Shown one piece after another: positions 12,840-26,232 of a DNA stretch of 50,002 nt (positions are counted from its first letter, which is position 1; each line of letters starts with the position of its first letter). The notes under the pieces were generated by a model that worked only from the letters and a program-made list of their open reading frames with translations, ran no database searches and had not been told where the DNA came from. This DNA is from Octopus bimaculoides (Eukaryota), in NCBI RefSeq assembly GCF_001194135.2, contig NC_068985.1, forward strand, positions 70,084,572 to 70,134,573, written 5' to 3'. A program made the position numbers and the translations under genes.

Positions 12840-15172
12840 CGCACCTCTTCCACAGAAAGCAGAAGATTAAGCGAACCAGCTTGGTAAACCAGCAAACAGT
12901 GCAAGGGACGACGGTCAAGAGATAATAGATGACGGATGCGATGTACCCATTCGTCACTTCCGCTCGACCTTTCAGAGACAGCTTTCCCTCGACCCATTTC
13001 TGGGTGAGATTGGCTACCCTGCTTGTCACCTGGGAGACCGGACCAAGCCAAACTCCAAGCAACTTAATGGGACCGTCTGTCCAGCGCCCAACATACTGTT
13101 AGACGGTATGGGCTTGCCTCTCCAGGTGCAAGCCCACTGACTTTTCCGCTTTAATTTTAGCTTCTGTCACTGCTTCATATTCCTGTAGTGTTTCGACAAT
13201 TAGCTCTATACGCCTGTAGTTCGACACTATGACGGCGACATCATCAGCGTAAGCAGACACTCTTCTCCCACATCCTAAATCATACGAGACACCCCTCAAG
13301 CCTCCAACTTCCGCAGTAAAAGCTCAAAAGTCAGTACATAGAGAAGGGCGGAGAGAAGGCACCCTTGACGGACCGAACGCAAGATGCTGAATAGTTCCGA
13401 CAAGTGACCATTCATCCGAACAACCGCGCAGATTCTGCTGTATAAAGCAGCGATCCAACTGCGGAAAACTGGACCGAAACCAGCTACCCCGAGGATAGCC
13501 GCCAGGTATTGATAGTCGACACTATCAAAAGCTTTTTATCCACCATCTCTATGATGTAGCAAGTTTACGCTTCGCCAACCAGTGTAGTGTGTCCACGACA
13601 GCGCCAACCTCTTGGCTAACAGCTTGGCCAAAATCTTCAAATCTGCATTGAGCAGAGTGATGGGCTTTAAATTCTCTATAACGTCCCCTTGTTTGGGTCT
13701 TTTCTCAGCAGTGCTACTACTCCTCGACAGACAAAAGAGGGAATTCTCCCATGTTGCTGCCAGTTGCAGTAGACGTTTGCTAAGAGGCCTGCAAACAAGT
13801 CTGGCATCGAAGCATAAAACTCATAGAGCAGACCATCCAAACCCAGCGATCTACCTCTCGTGCAACTCTTCATTTCCGCCGCTGTTATCGACCTTTCGCA
13901 GCACTCCACCTCACTCGTCAAGAGTCGTGGCAGGCTGCCCAGGTAGACACTGAAGTCTATCGGTTATCCGTCATATCACTCGTCCCGAACAGTCGAGCAA
14001 AGTGCCGCTTAAAAGCGCCAAAAATCTGTTCCGGCTCGAACACCATGCATCCGTTCTGGTCCACCAGAGAACGAATGATGGCTTTATTGCCACTTTTCGC
14101 CTCCGCTTCGCTTTCGTTCCCTACTCGCTTGGTGAACGTGCTTTTGCTCTGACAACGCAGCCTTCTTGTTTGGCGACGAAAAATTGGTCGAGGTCCAATA
14201 TGGCCACCGACATCTCAGTTGCGATACGTCTCATCTAACTTCTTAACTAAATCTCCCTCTATTCTAATTCTCTCTACCACTAATACTTTGCTAAACCTAA
14301 TCGATTCAACTCTAATTGCCCTTTTAAGAGCAAACCACCAGTTGGTGTTGACGATTGCACCCGTCAACGCCCGCTTAACTAATTCGCTAATCTGGTCCCT
14401 GTAAGCTTGACACTCCGGTAATGACGTGCTCAGCTTCCAGTAACCTGGACCCTGTCTATGAAGCCTATCTAAGTCGACCGTACAGATCACAAATTTGTGG
14501 TCTGTGTAGCCAACCATGTGAAACTGTGGACACACTATGCTATCCTTGGCCGCTGGCCTACAAAATACCCTATCTAGATACGATCTAGATGACCCGATGC
14601 GGTTTGTCCAAGTCCACATTCGCACATTCGGGTAATCTAGTTGGTACCTGTCACACATCTAAGAACGTGTAAGCAGGTTTTTGAGGCCTTTGCACCCCAC
14701 TCTCCTATCAGCTACTCCCACACAATCGAAACATCCATCTAAGACAACGTTCCTATCCCCTACTAGTACTAACGTCAGAGACGTTCCCAGGAAAACCTCC
14801 AGACGCTTGAAGTAATCACACCGCCTTGCCCCTGTCAAAGCATAAGCAGCCACCTGTCTGACAGCACCGCCGTCACTGCTGCTCCCATCTAGGACTACCA
14901 ACTTACCTTCTGGATCTAGAAAGACTGCCTTTATTTTCAAATCCAGATCATTTCGGAAAAAACACCACAGTGCCACCACCGCCCTCTCGCGGCCGACAAA
15001 GAGATCTCGTATCCACCGAATACGTGATGAGGTTCTGTGGGTCGGATAGTCTGGATTCACTAATGGCTACAATATCTACACTAAGGGGCCTAAGGTAATT
15101 TAAAATGAGACCTTGTTTCCAAGGCGATCCTAGGCTACTGACATTTACACAACCTATTTTGAGCGTGACCAT
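12840..15172 (-). mobile_element. L1/Tx1-like LINE ORF2 (APE endonuclease plus RT), decayed and 3'-truncated
   Basis: MVTLKIGCVNV..DIVAISE, VLVGDRN, SYLDRVF, TDHKFV, GPGYWKL, GLDGLLYEFY, RSVRQGCLLS, AYADDV, LSLKGRAEV..IASVIYY. Confidence 0.92.
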
Positions 15173-15184
15173 TGAGAAATAAAT

Positions 15185-15808
15185 TTAGAGAAGAGCTCTA
15201 CTGACCACTGTTGTATAACAGTGTTGTTCCATTTGGAGAAAGTCTTTTGGAAAGACCCAACAGCATTTGGAAAGTTTATTTTCAAAGCGTTGTGTGTTTC
15301 CTGTTGTATTTTTAAAATCTGTATCTGTGGTGGTGGTGTTGTATTGTGTTTTGGAAAGCAAAGTCTTCCAATGTGGTGCCTGTTTGTTGTCTAAGGTATT
15401 TCACAAGATCTATGTTGTCGGTGTCGATGGCTGTGAGATTGGTGGTGTTTGTGCTGTCTGTTTGTGTCGGTGTCTGAGGTGGTAGTGCCGGTGTTGTTGT
15501 TGTTGTTGGTTGTGTGTGTTGCTGCTGTTGGGCATTTCGTCCCATCTGTGCCTCTCCCTCTTTTCTTCCACTGTCTTTTTTTCCTTTTTTGGGGAGTAAC
15601 TGTTTGCCACTCCCCAATGCTCGAACAGTCCGAGTTGTTTTGATCGGGAAGGGGTATATTCTCTGGCTGTTTCCTTTTTTTCGGTGGTGTTCATATGTTG
15701 ATGTTGGTGTTAGTGGTACTCCAGTTGGTGTTGGTTGTACTTCGGCTGGTATTGGTGGTATTGCGGCTGGTGGTGGTTTTACTGCGGCTGATGGTAGTAC
15801 TCTGTGAC
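15185..15808 (-). mobile_element. Probable ORF1 C-terminal part of the same Tx1-like LINE
   Basis: Pro/Thr/Lys-rich frames directly upstream of ORF2; a TAA at 15187-15185 lies 12 nt before the ORF2 ATG. No ORF1 domain recognised. Confidence 0.5.
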
Positions 15809-15884
15809 GTCTTACATAATAATGATGATGATGATGATGACGATGATGATGATGATGATAATGATAATAATAATAATAATAACA

Positions 15885-16640
15885 ATGAGCACTATACAGG
15901 CAACACAGGCCACAACGCAGGACCACAACGCAAGACCACAAACAGGGCCACAAACTGGAGGGTCAACCTTAGGAATAAGAAAGTGTCTCCGCTGTACCAG
16001 ATCTGCAAAAGTGTGGATGAAACCATTGCTCATATCACGATCGAATTCCTAAGCTTGCCCAAAACCAGAACAAGTTGTGGTGATACGACCAAGTAGCGAA
16101 AGTGCGAAATGTGGAGACTGGAGAGAGGCAAGACGTGGTATGTGCACAAGCCGCAGAGAGTGGCGGAGTCAGAGACTAGCAAAATCCTCTGAGATTCCCA
16201 ATCCAAACAGATCTGGTGGAAGAGCATAACAGGCCGGATCTATTGGTGATGGACAAGTTGCACCACATATGCTATATAGTTGATGTTGCATGCCCCTTTG
16301 ACCCACGAATAGTCAAGAAGGAAAACGAAAAGTTAGATACAACCTTCTTATGTACGAAATAGCTCGGAAAATGAAGAAGGTGAAGATAGTATCAATTATT
16401 GTTGGGTCCTTGGGAACAGTATCAGAAGGTATCAAGAGGATTATAAAGGAAATTGAAATATGGGGCACAGTAGAACTGCTACAAAATGTATGCTTCCTTG
16501 GCATGGCCAGAATAATCAGGGAAGTATTAGATAGCTGAAAAGAACGAATAGCATGGTACCGTAGGATGCAGGTAGTAAGCCTGCTACGCGTGCAGGACTC
16601 CATGAGCTCCAACAAGATCTGTGATAAAGAGAAAATATTA
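15885..16640 (+). mobile_element. R4/Dong-like LINE 3' part: zinc-knuckle remnant, RLE and 3' UTR with (AAT/AAC)n tail
   Basis: ICKSVDETIAHI, TWYVHKPQRVAE, HNRPDLLVMDK..YIVDVACPFDPRIVKKENEK (PD-D-K motif), IIVGSLGTV, LLQNVCFLGMARIIREVLDS*. Preceded by (AAT/GAT)n at 15816-15883. Confidence 0.92.
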
Positions 16641-16707
16641 TTAACAATAATAATAATAATAATAATAACAACAACAACAACAACTACAACAACAACAATA
16701 CTAATAA

Positions 16708-16981
16708 GTGACTCTCATGGCTTCTGATCTTAACTGATTGGGTTTGTTATAATGTACATGTTTTGTCTTAGTGTAAAAGATGGACTACAGCATATATTCT
16801 GCTCAATACCACAGATTTTCTTATCAGTTTTTAGCCTTAACCAATGTGTCCCTTAGTGGCTGACGACATGTGTATCTCTGATCATGAGCAGAAGTAGCGG
16901 GGGTAGTCCTGATGGCTATACTAGGTCTCGGTTATTTATACCCCCGTGTCATTTTCATGGCATGCACTACTCTCTCACTCC
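16708..16981 (-). mobile_element. Interspersed repeat embedded in (AAT)n, probably a high-copy octopus retroposon, internally deleted
   Basis: Non-coding; ends CATGCACTACTCTCTCACTC(AAT)n with AAT-type tracts on both sides. Recognised from memory only; family and orientation unverified. Confidence 0.4.
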
Positions 16982-16995
16982 ATAATAATAATAAT

Positions 16996-17195
16996 GGTTT
17001 CCTATTTTTGCTGAAGGCCAGCAATTTTGTGAGAGGGGTGAGTTTATTTTATCGACACCGGTGTTCAATTGGTAGTTATTTTATAAACTCCGAGGTGATG
17101 AAAAGCAAAGTCGACCTCGGCGGATGTTGATCTCAGAACTTATAGACGAATGCGATATCTTAGGCTCGGCATGTTAACCATTTTGCCTATTCGGC
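16996..17195 (-). mobile_element. Type B SINE, near full length, diverged
   Basis: Reverse complement aligns to 43520-43731 (GAGGTCGACTTTGCTTTTCATC..TACCA..AAATTGCTGGCCTT); tail is (ATT)n on the sense strand. Confidence 0.8.
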
Positions 17196-19869
17196 AATGA
17201 ATATCATATCTGGGGAAAATGTTAAACAATATAACATATTTTGTTGTTGCTTAGTCCCTAACGTATCCTGTTAGAGTGAACTTCTTGTCAAAAGTGTTAC
17301 AGGAGTGACTATCTCATCGTTTTTATTTCAGGAACCAATGTGACATTCGATGAATATGTGGGAGCTCCTTCTTATGTGCCTAGACACTACTTTTGAGATT
17401 GCCTTTCGATTTATTTATTTGTTTATTTGTGTAGAGTGTCGTTTATTAAAAACCCTACATGGAAGCATGAAAGCTATTCACTTTTTAGATTATTTCTATT
17501 ACATTTTGCCAGCACAGAATATTTCTAGTTCCTTTATTTACAATACAATTTGATTAGATTGATGCACTGGTTGTGTTTATATGTGGTGCATCTCTTCAGA
17601 TGAGATATTAATCTGCTCGCTCGCAGATCGTAAGATGAAATCCTCTACAGATAAATTTGTTGTGTATCTTCTCAAGAGACCCTATAGAATATCTTAGTTT
17701 CGTGGTCCTGTCAAATATAGATTCAGTAGATTTTCTGAGAAACGCTCAATAGGGGCAAACTACTTAGTAATGCTTATCACATAATGATATAATTGAATCT
17801 ATTTAAAATCAACGAGATTTTAACCTGCTTGAAAAACAACAAAATCTCACGAAGCTCAAATCCAATCGATTTATTTAAAGAAGGATCCAGTCATCATAGC
17901 AGAGACTAATATTCAATCATAATGATCACGGCGAGAGTATATTAAGTAGCTTATTTATTGATTTAGGACTAAACAACAGCAGCACTCTTAAATTTACTAC
18001 AATAATGCGTACGGTAAATAAGACATATTTCATGGAAATTTTACCTGACGATTATATACATTTGATAATGACTGTCAGGCATTAATGAATGCGTCATTGA
18101 ATAGAATTCTATCGTACGTTGTTAAATACTGACAGATTCTAATTAGAGCAGGGATTTGTGTTTATCAAAAAGGCCAAGTAAGACCAATAGGGAGGTTGTT
18201 GTTATACTAAGTATTACATATTGAATTATCCGGATTTCAGACACTAAACTTTGACTCTATAGTGCTTACATAGTAGTGGTCTACCAGCAACTGTCCCTAC
18301 AATGTGAGTGTATCCTGAATTTGTTTAAAACTATGCTTAAAAATTTAACAAGTGCCTGGACATATAACACTACAGCAAATCATTTATTATCAATCTTATT
18401 TTTGAAATTCACAATAGGATAACTTGTTTAAGCAGAAAAATCCTTATGAAAAATCGATAGAAAACTGGTCACATACATGACATCAGTGTGTTTCAGCACC
18501 ACGTTTCAATATATTGCGAGGAAGCAAAACACTTGCTTTTAGAGCATAATAGACATGTTGTAAAAATTAAAACTGTTTAACAACAAGTCTTCTCTCAAGC
18601 TTGCTATATCATAGAAGCGAATGTTCTCGAGTATTATCCGTTTTTATAATGTTTTTTCTTTCTTACATATTAAGTTATTAGTCCTTTATTTTTAGTATGA
18701 GAGAATATAGTTACGTAATCCAATAATACACTGTAAATGTAGGAACACTAGAGTTTCTGACTAAATGTAAGGGACTAATAAAAATATGAATGTGTGTGTG
18801 TGTGTGTGTGTGCACGCGCGCGCATGTGTGCGTGAATGATCCATCGGTTAGAGGTTACTTTTTTTGGTTCCCTATATAGTGGTCAGAGATACTATAGAAT
18901 ATCATTGTTTCGTGATCCTGACAAATAATTCACGTTGCTTAAGTCCCATCAGCAGAATATTATCCTCACTTTCTGAATCATATTTTCTGTTCTGCACTTC
19001 CACCACCAATGACTTTCACATTACAAATTAATCAACCAGTGCCAAGTGATATTTTCTTGAATGCAATAAAGTAGATATTTAAATCAGAGTCAATGTATAA
19101 ATAAATAAATGAATACATTAACAACATATTGAACAAGAAAATTAATAAACAAACAAAGATTGAAACAAACAAGTAAATTTGGATATAAATAAATGTCTGA
19201 AATGTTTCCAAATCCTATTCTGACTTTTACAAAATCAAAACCGAGACAAAAAAGATAAAAAGGTAAAAATAAAGAGGAAGAAAACCAAAACATGTTCCCC
19301 TCATTGGCTAAAGCCAAAATTATACGAGATATTATCTAGGATTTTCAAAATCATTTTCTGTCCAACTTGGCAAAAATCCCAGCATTAGTTATTCTGTTTT
19401 GAAGATCATTATCTACGATGTTTCTTTCCTTACCTGACACGACAAATTCAACTAAACTTTTGTTCTTAGCAGTATTTCAGTTTTGTCACAGACTATTTCA
19501 AAACAGTTATTATCGATTCTACAATTAAAAAGCTTTCTCGAAAGATTAGAGAATGTTAGTTTTGGACGAAATACAATAAATGTTTTCTTGTTGGCTATGG
19601 AAGCAAATTACTGATGGTCAAAATTCCTGCAAGGAATATTTACAATAAAATACAGTCTCTTCATACAACAAGTAAAAATATATGAATAAAAAAGTATGTT
19701 TCTAAATGCCACTGAGTTTCCGACGAGACGTCTCGCTGGTCGTGAAATGGCCTTAATTTACAGAGTCTTTCAAGAACCTGTGTTGTTTGCAAGTATTCTC
19801 GACGCATATTTAGAGCTATCACTTTTGTTATTACTAAGATCTGCCAATGAAATTTTCAAATACACATGA

Positions 19870-20393
19870 ATTATATATTTACATATACATAGATACATAC
19901 ATGCAAACATATACACACCCACCCACCCACGTATACATACATACACACATATGTTTGTGTGTGTGTATAATGCATGCATATATATATACACACACACGCA
20001 CACAAATTTATCTATGTATATCTATATTTATATATATGTGTACATGTGTGTATGCGTGTGTGTAGGCGCAAATGGTTGCCTACATTTAGGTATATATGCA
20101 TGTGTTTATCAGTATTTCTATAATAGATATTTATACATGTTATTCTGAATGAATTCAAGTATCTATGTGTGGTAAGCATATCTTAAATAGCTCTCAGGAA
20201 CCCGCACACTCCTCTTCCAGATATATACTCACACATATGTGCAAACGCATACATATGTTTTATAAATGCCTATGTGTATGTGTGTATGTTTCTGTGTGTG
20301 TGTGCGTGTGTATGTTTCTCTCTCTCTTTCCCTCTGTGCATGCGTATAGCATGCGTGTATGCGTGTGTGTGTAAGTTTGTGTGTGTGTGTGTA

Positions 20394-20429
<36 letters not shown>

Positions 20430-20439
20430 NNNNNNNNNN

Positions 20440-20477
<38 letters not shown>

Positions 20478-20490
20478 TGTGTGTGTGTCT
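19870..20490. repeat. (CA)/(TA)/(GT) microsatellite field
   Basis: Direct reading. Confidence 0.9.
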
Positions 20491-23164
20491 GCAGCTTCAA
20501 AGAGTCGATCTTCAGAATAAAGACCGTGTGTAGAATGGAGCAGTTGCATCAAACGTTATATGCAATGTAAGAGATGGATCGCTGCAGGGCCCGTAGCTGT
20601 TTGAAAAGAAACTTTGGTAATATCACATAATTGAAATAATTACAATAATTATCAAGTAATCTAATATAATAATATCCCTAAAATTACCTTTTATCCTTCA
20701 ACTTGGCAACTTTAATCTTGTAGGAGTGCAATAAAACTTGGTCCAATCCACTTAGAGCTTAGAATACATTCTTATTTCTTTCTCTTTTCCTTTATCTTTC
20801 TAGTTTCTCAGCGGAATTAAGATACTGTAGAAAAAATCCCTCCTATGTGGACATATTCTTTATTTCATATCGTTGTATCATGTCTTTGTTTCTGTTCGTG
20901 GCATAGTGAATACGTTCTTTATAAACATATAGACACAGTGTATGTATACTGTATTACATAATTTCTTTGACATATTTGACTCTATAGCACAGTTACTTTT
21001 CTGCATAAATGGGATTTGCAGTTGAAATAGAGTTCCGCAGATGAAATCATATGACCGGCTTTACCTGATGCGATAGGAAAATTATCTATTGCAAAATAAC
21101 ACCGGAGAGTCTCCGGTACTTGATAAATTTCCTGCAAAATATATACTTTAACATGAATGAATCTACCGTCCAAAAGTTTCTAAAGTATTAAATAAATTAG
21201 ATACAACTCTTGTAATTCATAACATCATATATAAACATTTATCCATATCTATATGAGGGAGATTGAATAAATTTTATGAAAAAAGCAATATATCACAATG
21301 GTCTCCTGAATTAAGATTCCAATATGTTCTCCACTCAATATGTCGATTTAACTATAGATACTATATATAGTATACTCCTATGTTGTCAGATTAGTTGCTT
21401 TGTTGCTAGCGTGTCTATTACAAATATCACCTATACTTTAAATCACCTACAAATATCATCTATTCTTTAAGCGTCTTCTTAACTGTGGACATAATACATT
21501 TCCAGTGTTCAATCCAAGAGGCTGTATGGAATAATTCAGGCAATACATTTTTGTGTCTGTATTCAATTTTATTTTTAAAAAATACGGCTGATGTGTAAAA
21601 TGTTTTAAAAAGCCTACAATCAGAACGTTTTATACGTCTCACTCTGCCATCATTCAATCCGCTACCATTTATTGGCTATTTTGTTTTCATATGTCAATCT
21701 GGCCTCATGGGCTGAACATTGTGCAAATTCTGATTCCTAGATTTTTACCAAAATAGAATTGATTCATTGAATTACATATTACTATAAAATCATCACCTAT
21801 TTTTAATTCCGTAAATTGTTAGATATTATCTCATTGCCAGCGATAATATTGTTAATTTTAAGTAAAATATTAATATACTTTTATTATTACTTTAGAATGA
21901 ATAAATAATGTAGTAATATACCTTAATCTGAGAGCCCTCCCGAAACTTGACAGATCATTATATACGATTTATATTTTTTGCAATTTGGTGCATGTACGAG
22001 TAGGAGTCAATGACACTCATATACCAACGTGTAATCCGAATGGGATAATCTGAAAATAATCCACTGATTCTTGATGCACCAACATTTTTGTCTGCATCTG
22101 TTCCTCAAACATCATTTCCAAGTACACTAACGCCTTTATTAAAACTAATTTGTCTCACGTCAGTGACCAAAACAATGTACTCTACCTCTTTATCTTGACA
22201 CCTCCAGATAGCTCCTAAGTTCTGTTCGGTGGATCTATTTATTTGCTATGCAGTTAGTATATCCAAGAATGCATCGCTGTCAAACCTTTCAATCTGGAAC
22301 AGCTTGATTCTTCACCATAGAATTCACTTCTACCATTTTACAACATATATTAACCTTCAAGATATCTTTGTTTCCATGGATCGACCGAAATTCACGGTTG
22401 TTATATTTTCTACAATAATATCACTTTCCATATCTTTCCATTTCATCTCAGCTTCACGTCAACCTACCTCTACGCACAGCAAAATCTCCCAATGTATGGT
22501 ACGTTACTTCACAACGCTAAGGCATCTTACTTAGGCGGAGTCACCCGTGTGTGAATCCGAAAATTGAGCTTATCTCTTACCTCTTACACATGTCCACCCA
22601 CAATACAATCGCTTCACTTCGTGCCCCGCCTTATTATATCATGTACACTCCTAAATCTTCCATTCCGTTCTGCCACTTCTTCCCTGATCAAACTTTCTCT
22701 TCTTTAAACGCACGTGCAGTCTGTGTGACTTACTGGTCTGCAGCTCCTCACATTCGCATCACATCCTGGCACATGCTGTAATCGATCAACTCTACGTTTC
22801 ACAAACTCTCGATTTGCATTGAACCCCATCGAGCTTCCACTTAGCGCATCTATCCGTTCCTGACACACTTTTGTTCCATTAGATTCCTCCTATGCATTCA
22901 TATGTAAGCGAAAGTAAGCAGAGACTAGTTGATAGATTTAGCGACTACTTTGAGATCTCGTTTAGGATCCTCCCATCAGCTTCTATACCTAAGCAACACA
23001 TTCCAACACAACTTTGTCACTATCATCGAGTTATACCACTTCTCCGATACCCAGTTTCCAAAGTAAACGATAGTTCATTAAATACAATCTGTACAGAATG
23101 TATAAACGTAAACATCACAATATCTATGCACAGAATACACAAAGTATACATATACATTTCCGTG

Positions 23165-23232
23165 CGTAGATCTCACACACATACGCACACACACACACAC
23201 ACAGACGCACACACAAACACACACACAGACAT

Positions 23233-23325
<93 letters not shown>

Positions 23326-23330
23326 CACAC
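23165..23330. repeat. (CA)n microsatellite
   Basis: Direct reading. Confidence 0.95.
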
Positions 23331-24674
23331 GCACGACGCGTTTATTCGTCATTTCTTTTTACTATCACTTTCTGCCTGTCTAACATTTCCCCCAATTTAA
23401 TACTTCCGCCTCACCGATCATTTCACAGTATTCCACGCATCCTTACTACACAAACATTCTCCACGAAGACTGCAGAATTTCTGGTTTTCTATTACATCCA
23501 GACGTATTTCCTGTCGTCGTTCGTTCATTTTGGCTCTGGAGTTAGGCCGGTCACAGCAGTTGATGTGTATACCAGAGGTTACTTATAGGAAGCAATAATT
23601 GATGCTCCTGAATTTATTGCCTTGCTTACGTTTACGTGACCAGAGTCCAGCTGAAATTAATCGACAACAATAATGCCATCGTCGCAAAACTTCAGACTCA
23701 GACCTTCAACTGAACAAAATTCTTTATTTATAATCGAAGTTATTTAAATCGACCTACCAAACTCACGAATTTAAGACGCTGTCCTTATTGTAGCAATCAG
23801 TTAATATTGATTACTATTTACAGTATTAGCTATTTACTGTTAATAAGATGGAACAGTACAGCATTGACTATTTAGGGATAGTTAGTCATAATATCAAAAC
23901 ACCGTAGCTGTATTTTAGAAGACTGGTTGGAGTGACTTACAAAATGCACTGAAACATATTTTCACTTTGTTTAAATTCGTGACAAATCTTGCTGATGTCA
24001 ACTTTGATTTCATACTTCCGAATTCGATGTAATATGAGTGCCATTACTGAGGGTGGAATGGTGGAAATATATCAGCGCTAGACCACATTGTCTTGTATCT
24101 CTTGCGGTTCGTATGTTATGAGTGCTGATGTAGTGTGGCAAACTTGCCTGTAAGCATCCAATATGATGGAGTTGTGTGAAAAGTATGGATAGGATGGCAA
24201 CAAGAAATTACCTCTTTGTCCTTTTATGGAAATTTTATGAAACATAAACAGCGCTTTTCAAGTAATTCGCTTCGTTCGTTAACGTGATGGCGCTGAAATT
24301 TAAGAATCTATGCATTACTAATAATGGGATACAAATATACCGATGATTCATTAAATGGGAGAGGATAACCTGAACGACCCAACCCATTGCATCCTATGAC
24401 ACTAATTCGAAATTGCTAAACAGTAGAGGCAACATTTTCGATTCCTAGTGGCAACTACGACAAACGAATGAAGGTCACATGATCGATTATTTGACAACAA
24501 ATAATATTGTTCTCAGAAATATGTAAACTATGAAATGAGCAAGGTTTTGAAGTTATTTCAAACAGATTGTACGAACACCAGTAGTATTGCTGTATGAGAG
24601 CGTGCTAGGAGCTTTGAAACAATATTTGTGATATTGCTTACGACTGAAGACTATTTAGTCGAATGTGTCGATCC

Positions 24675-24825
24675 TAGTTTATCCGTCTCTACACTCTGAG
24701 TTAAAATTCCGTTAAGGTCGACTTTGACATGCAGATGTCCGGTATCGTTAAGATAAGTCGTATTTCAGCACGAGTATATGTTATCGATTGCCTTCCGCTC
24801 ATAATTGCTGGCGTAGTGCCAAGAG
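24675..24825 (+). mobile_element. Degenerate type B SINE
   Basis: TCCGTCTCTACACTCTGAGTTAAAATTCC..AGGTCGACTTTG..AATTGCTGGCGTAGTGCC is homologous to 43575-43720. Confidence 0.65.
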
Positions 24826-26101
24826 CTTAAAAAATGATGACTTTGATTTATTGTGTAACTTTTATGAGCATTCTATGTTTCGTTCCCTATTTCAACAAAT
24901 ACTTCAAATGTAACCAATTATGTATCTAGCTAATGAGAACAGCTGACATAATCAACATTTTCTGATCACTGAACTTGCTGAATCCGCTATAAATAACAAC
25001 TATCTCATACCCTCGGGGAATCCTCTTTTTCACCAGGCGATACGTAGATCATCTAAAAACAAGTACATTTTGAATGATGTTTTGCATACTTCAAGTCTGA
25101 GAATTAATGCAGTAGTCAGAGCTTGACTATGATTAGTGTATTAGGAAAAAACCACAGTAATTGGCTCTAGCAACTATTCCTGACTTCGTTATCTGGATAA
25201 GTAGGGACTATAAAGTTGCTGCTATTCTTCACCAGTACTACAACGATTAAGCAGACTTATGTTCAAAACTATGCCAGCTCTTACAGGCCTATCAGTTCAT
25301 GCATTTATTTATTTATTAAGATCTAATGCATCCAGAGCACCATCGTCCTTGTTTTATAGTTTTAGACAATACGGTTTTTCGCTCTGGACTTTAATGCAAA
25401 GCAGGTAGGGCGAACAATTAGTTCCGCGTCGGGTCCTTTGTAATTTAACAACGCATTGTCGCACGTCGTTGTTGTTTTCTGCTGTAGTCAATAGAACATA
25501 GAGATATAATTATCTAGATCAGTATCACCCTTAATAATGTAAATTAACTTTGAGAGATTCATGTTTAATCTATCTTTGAAGGCCGCTAACAATTGCCGCT
25601 AGGTATTTGTTTTCTTTTCTCAATTCTGCAATTAATTAAGAGATTCGTTTCGTATATATATATATATATATATATNNNNNNNNNNNNNNNNNNNNNNNNN
25701 NNNNNNNNNNNNNNNNNNNNNNNNNNNNNNNNNNNNNNNNNNNNNNNNNNNNNNNNNNNNNNNNNNNNNNNNNNNNNNNNNNNNNNNNNNNNNNNNNNNN
25801 NNNNNNNNNNNNNNNNNNNNNNNNNNNNNNNNNNNNNNNNNNNNNNNNNNNNNNNNNNNNNNNNNNNNNNNNNNNNNNNNNNNNNNNNNNNNNNNNNNNN
25901 NNNNNNNNNNNNNNNNNNNNNNNNNNNNNNNNNNNNNNNNNNNNNNNNNNNNNNNNNNNNNNNNNNNNNNNNNNNNNNNNNNNNNNNNNNNNNNNNNNNN
26001 NNNNNNNNNNNNNNNNNNNNNNNNNNNNNNNNNNNNNNNNNNNNNNNNNNNNNNNNNNNNNNNNNNNNNNNNNNNNNNNNNNNNNNNNNNNNNNNNNNNN
26101 N

Positions 26102-26232
<131 letters not shown>

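Noticed and set aside
19725-19770. Hairpin around palindrome CGAGACGTCTCG with superficial hammerhead resemblance
   Set aside because: Lacks the CUGANGA and GAAA cores; isolated short palindromes (also near 21100) are expected by chance.
20490-20575. Candidate micro-exon (CTGCAG acceptor, GTAAGA donor); also an isolated donor GAG/GTAAGC near 42814
   Set aside because: No recognisable protein, no partner exons, and such motifs are expected by chance.
21450-23050. Possible highly decayed LINE or interspersed repeat on the minus strand
   Set aside because: Hints such as AIWRC and FSDYPI are too weak to assign without a profile search.
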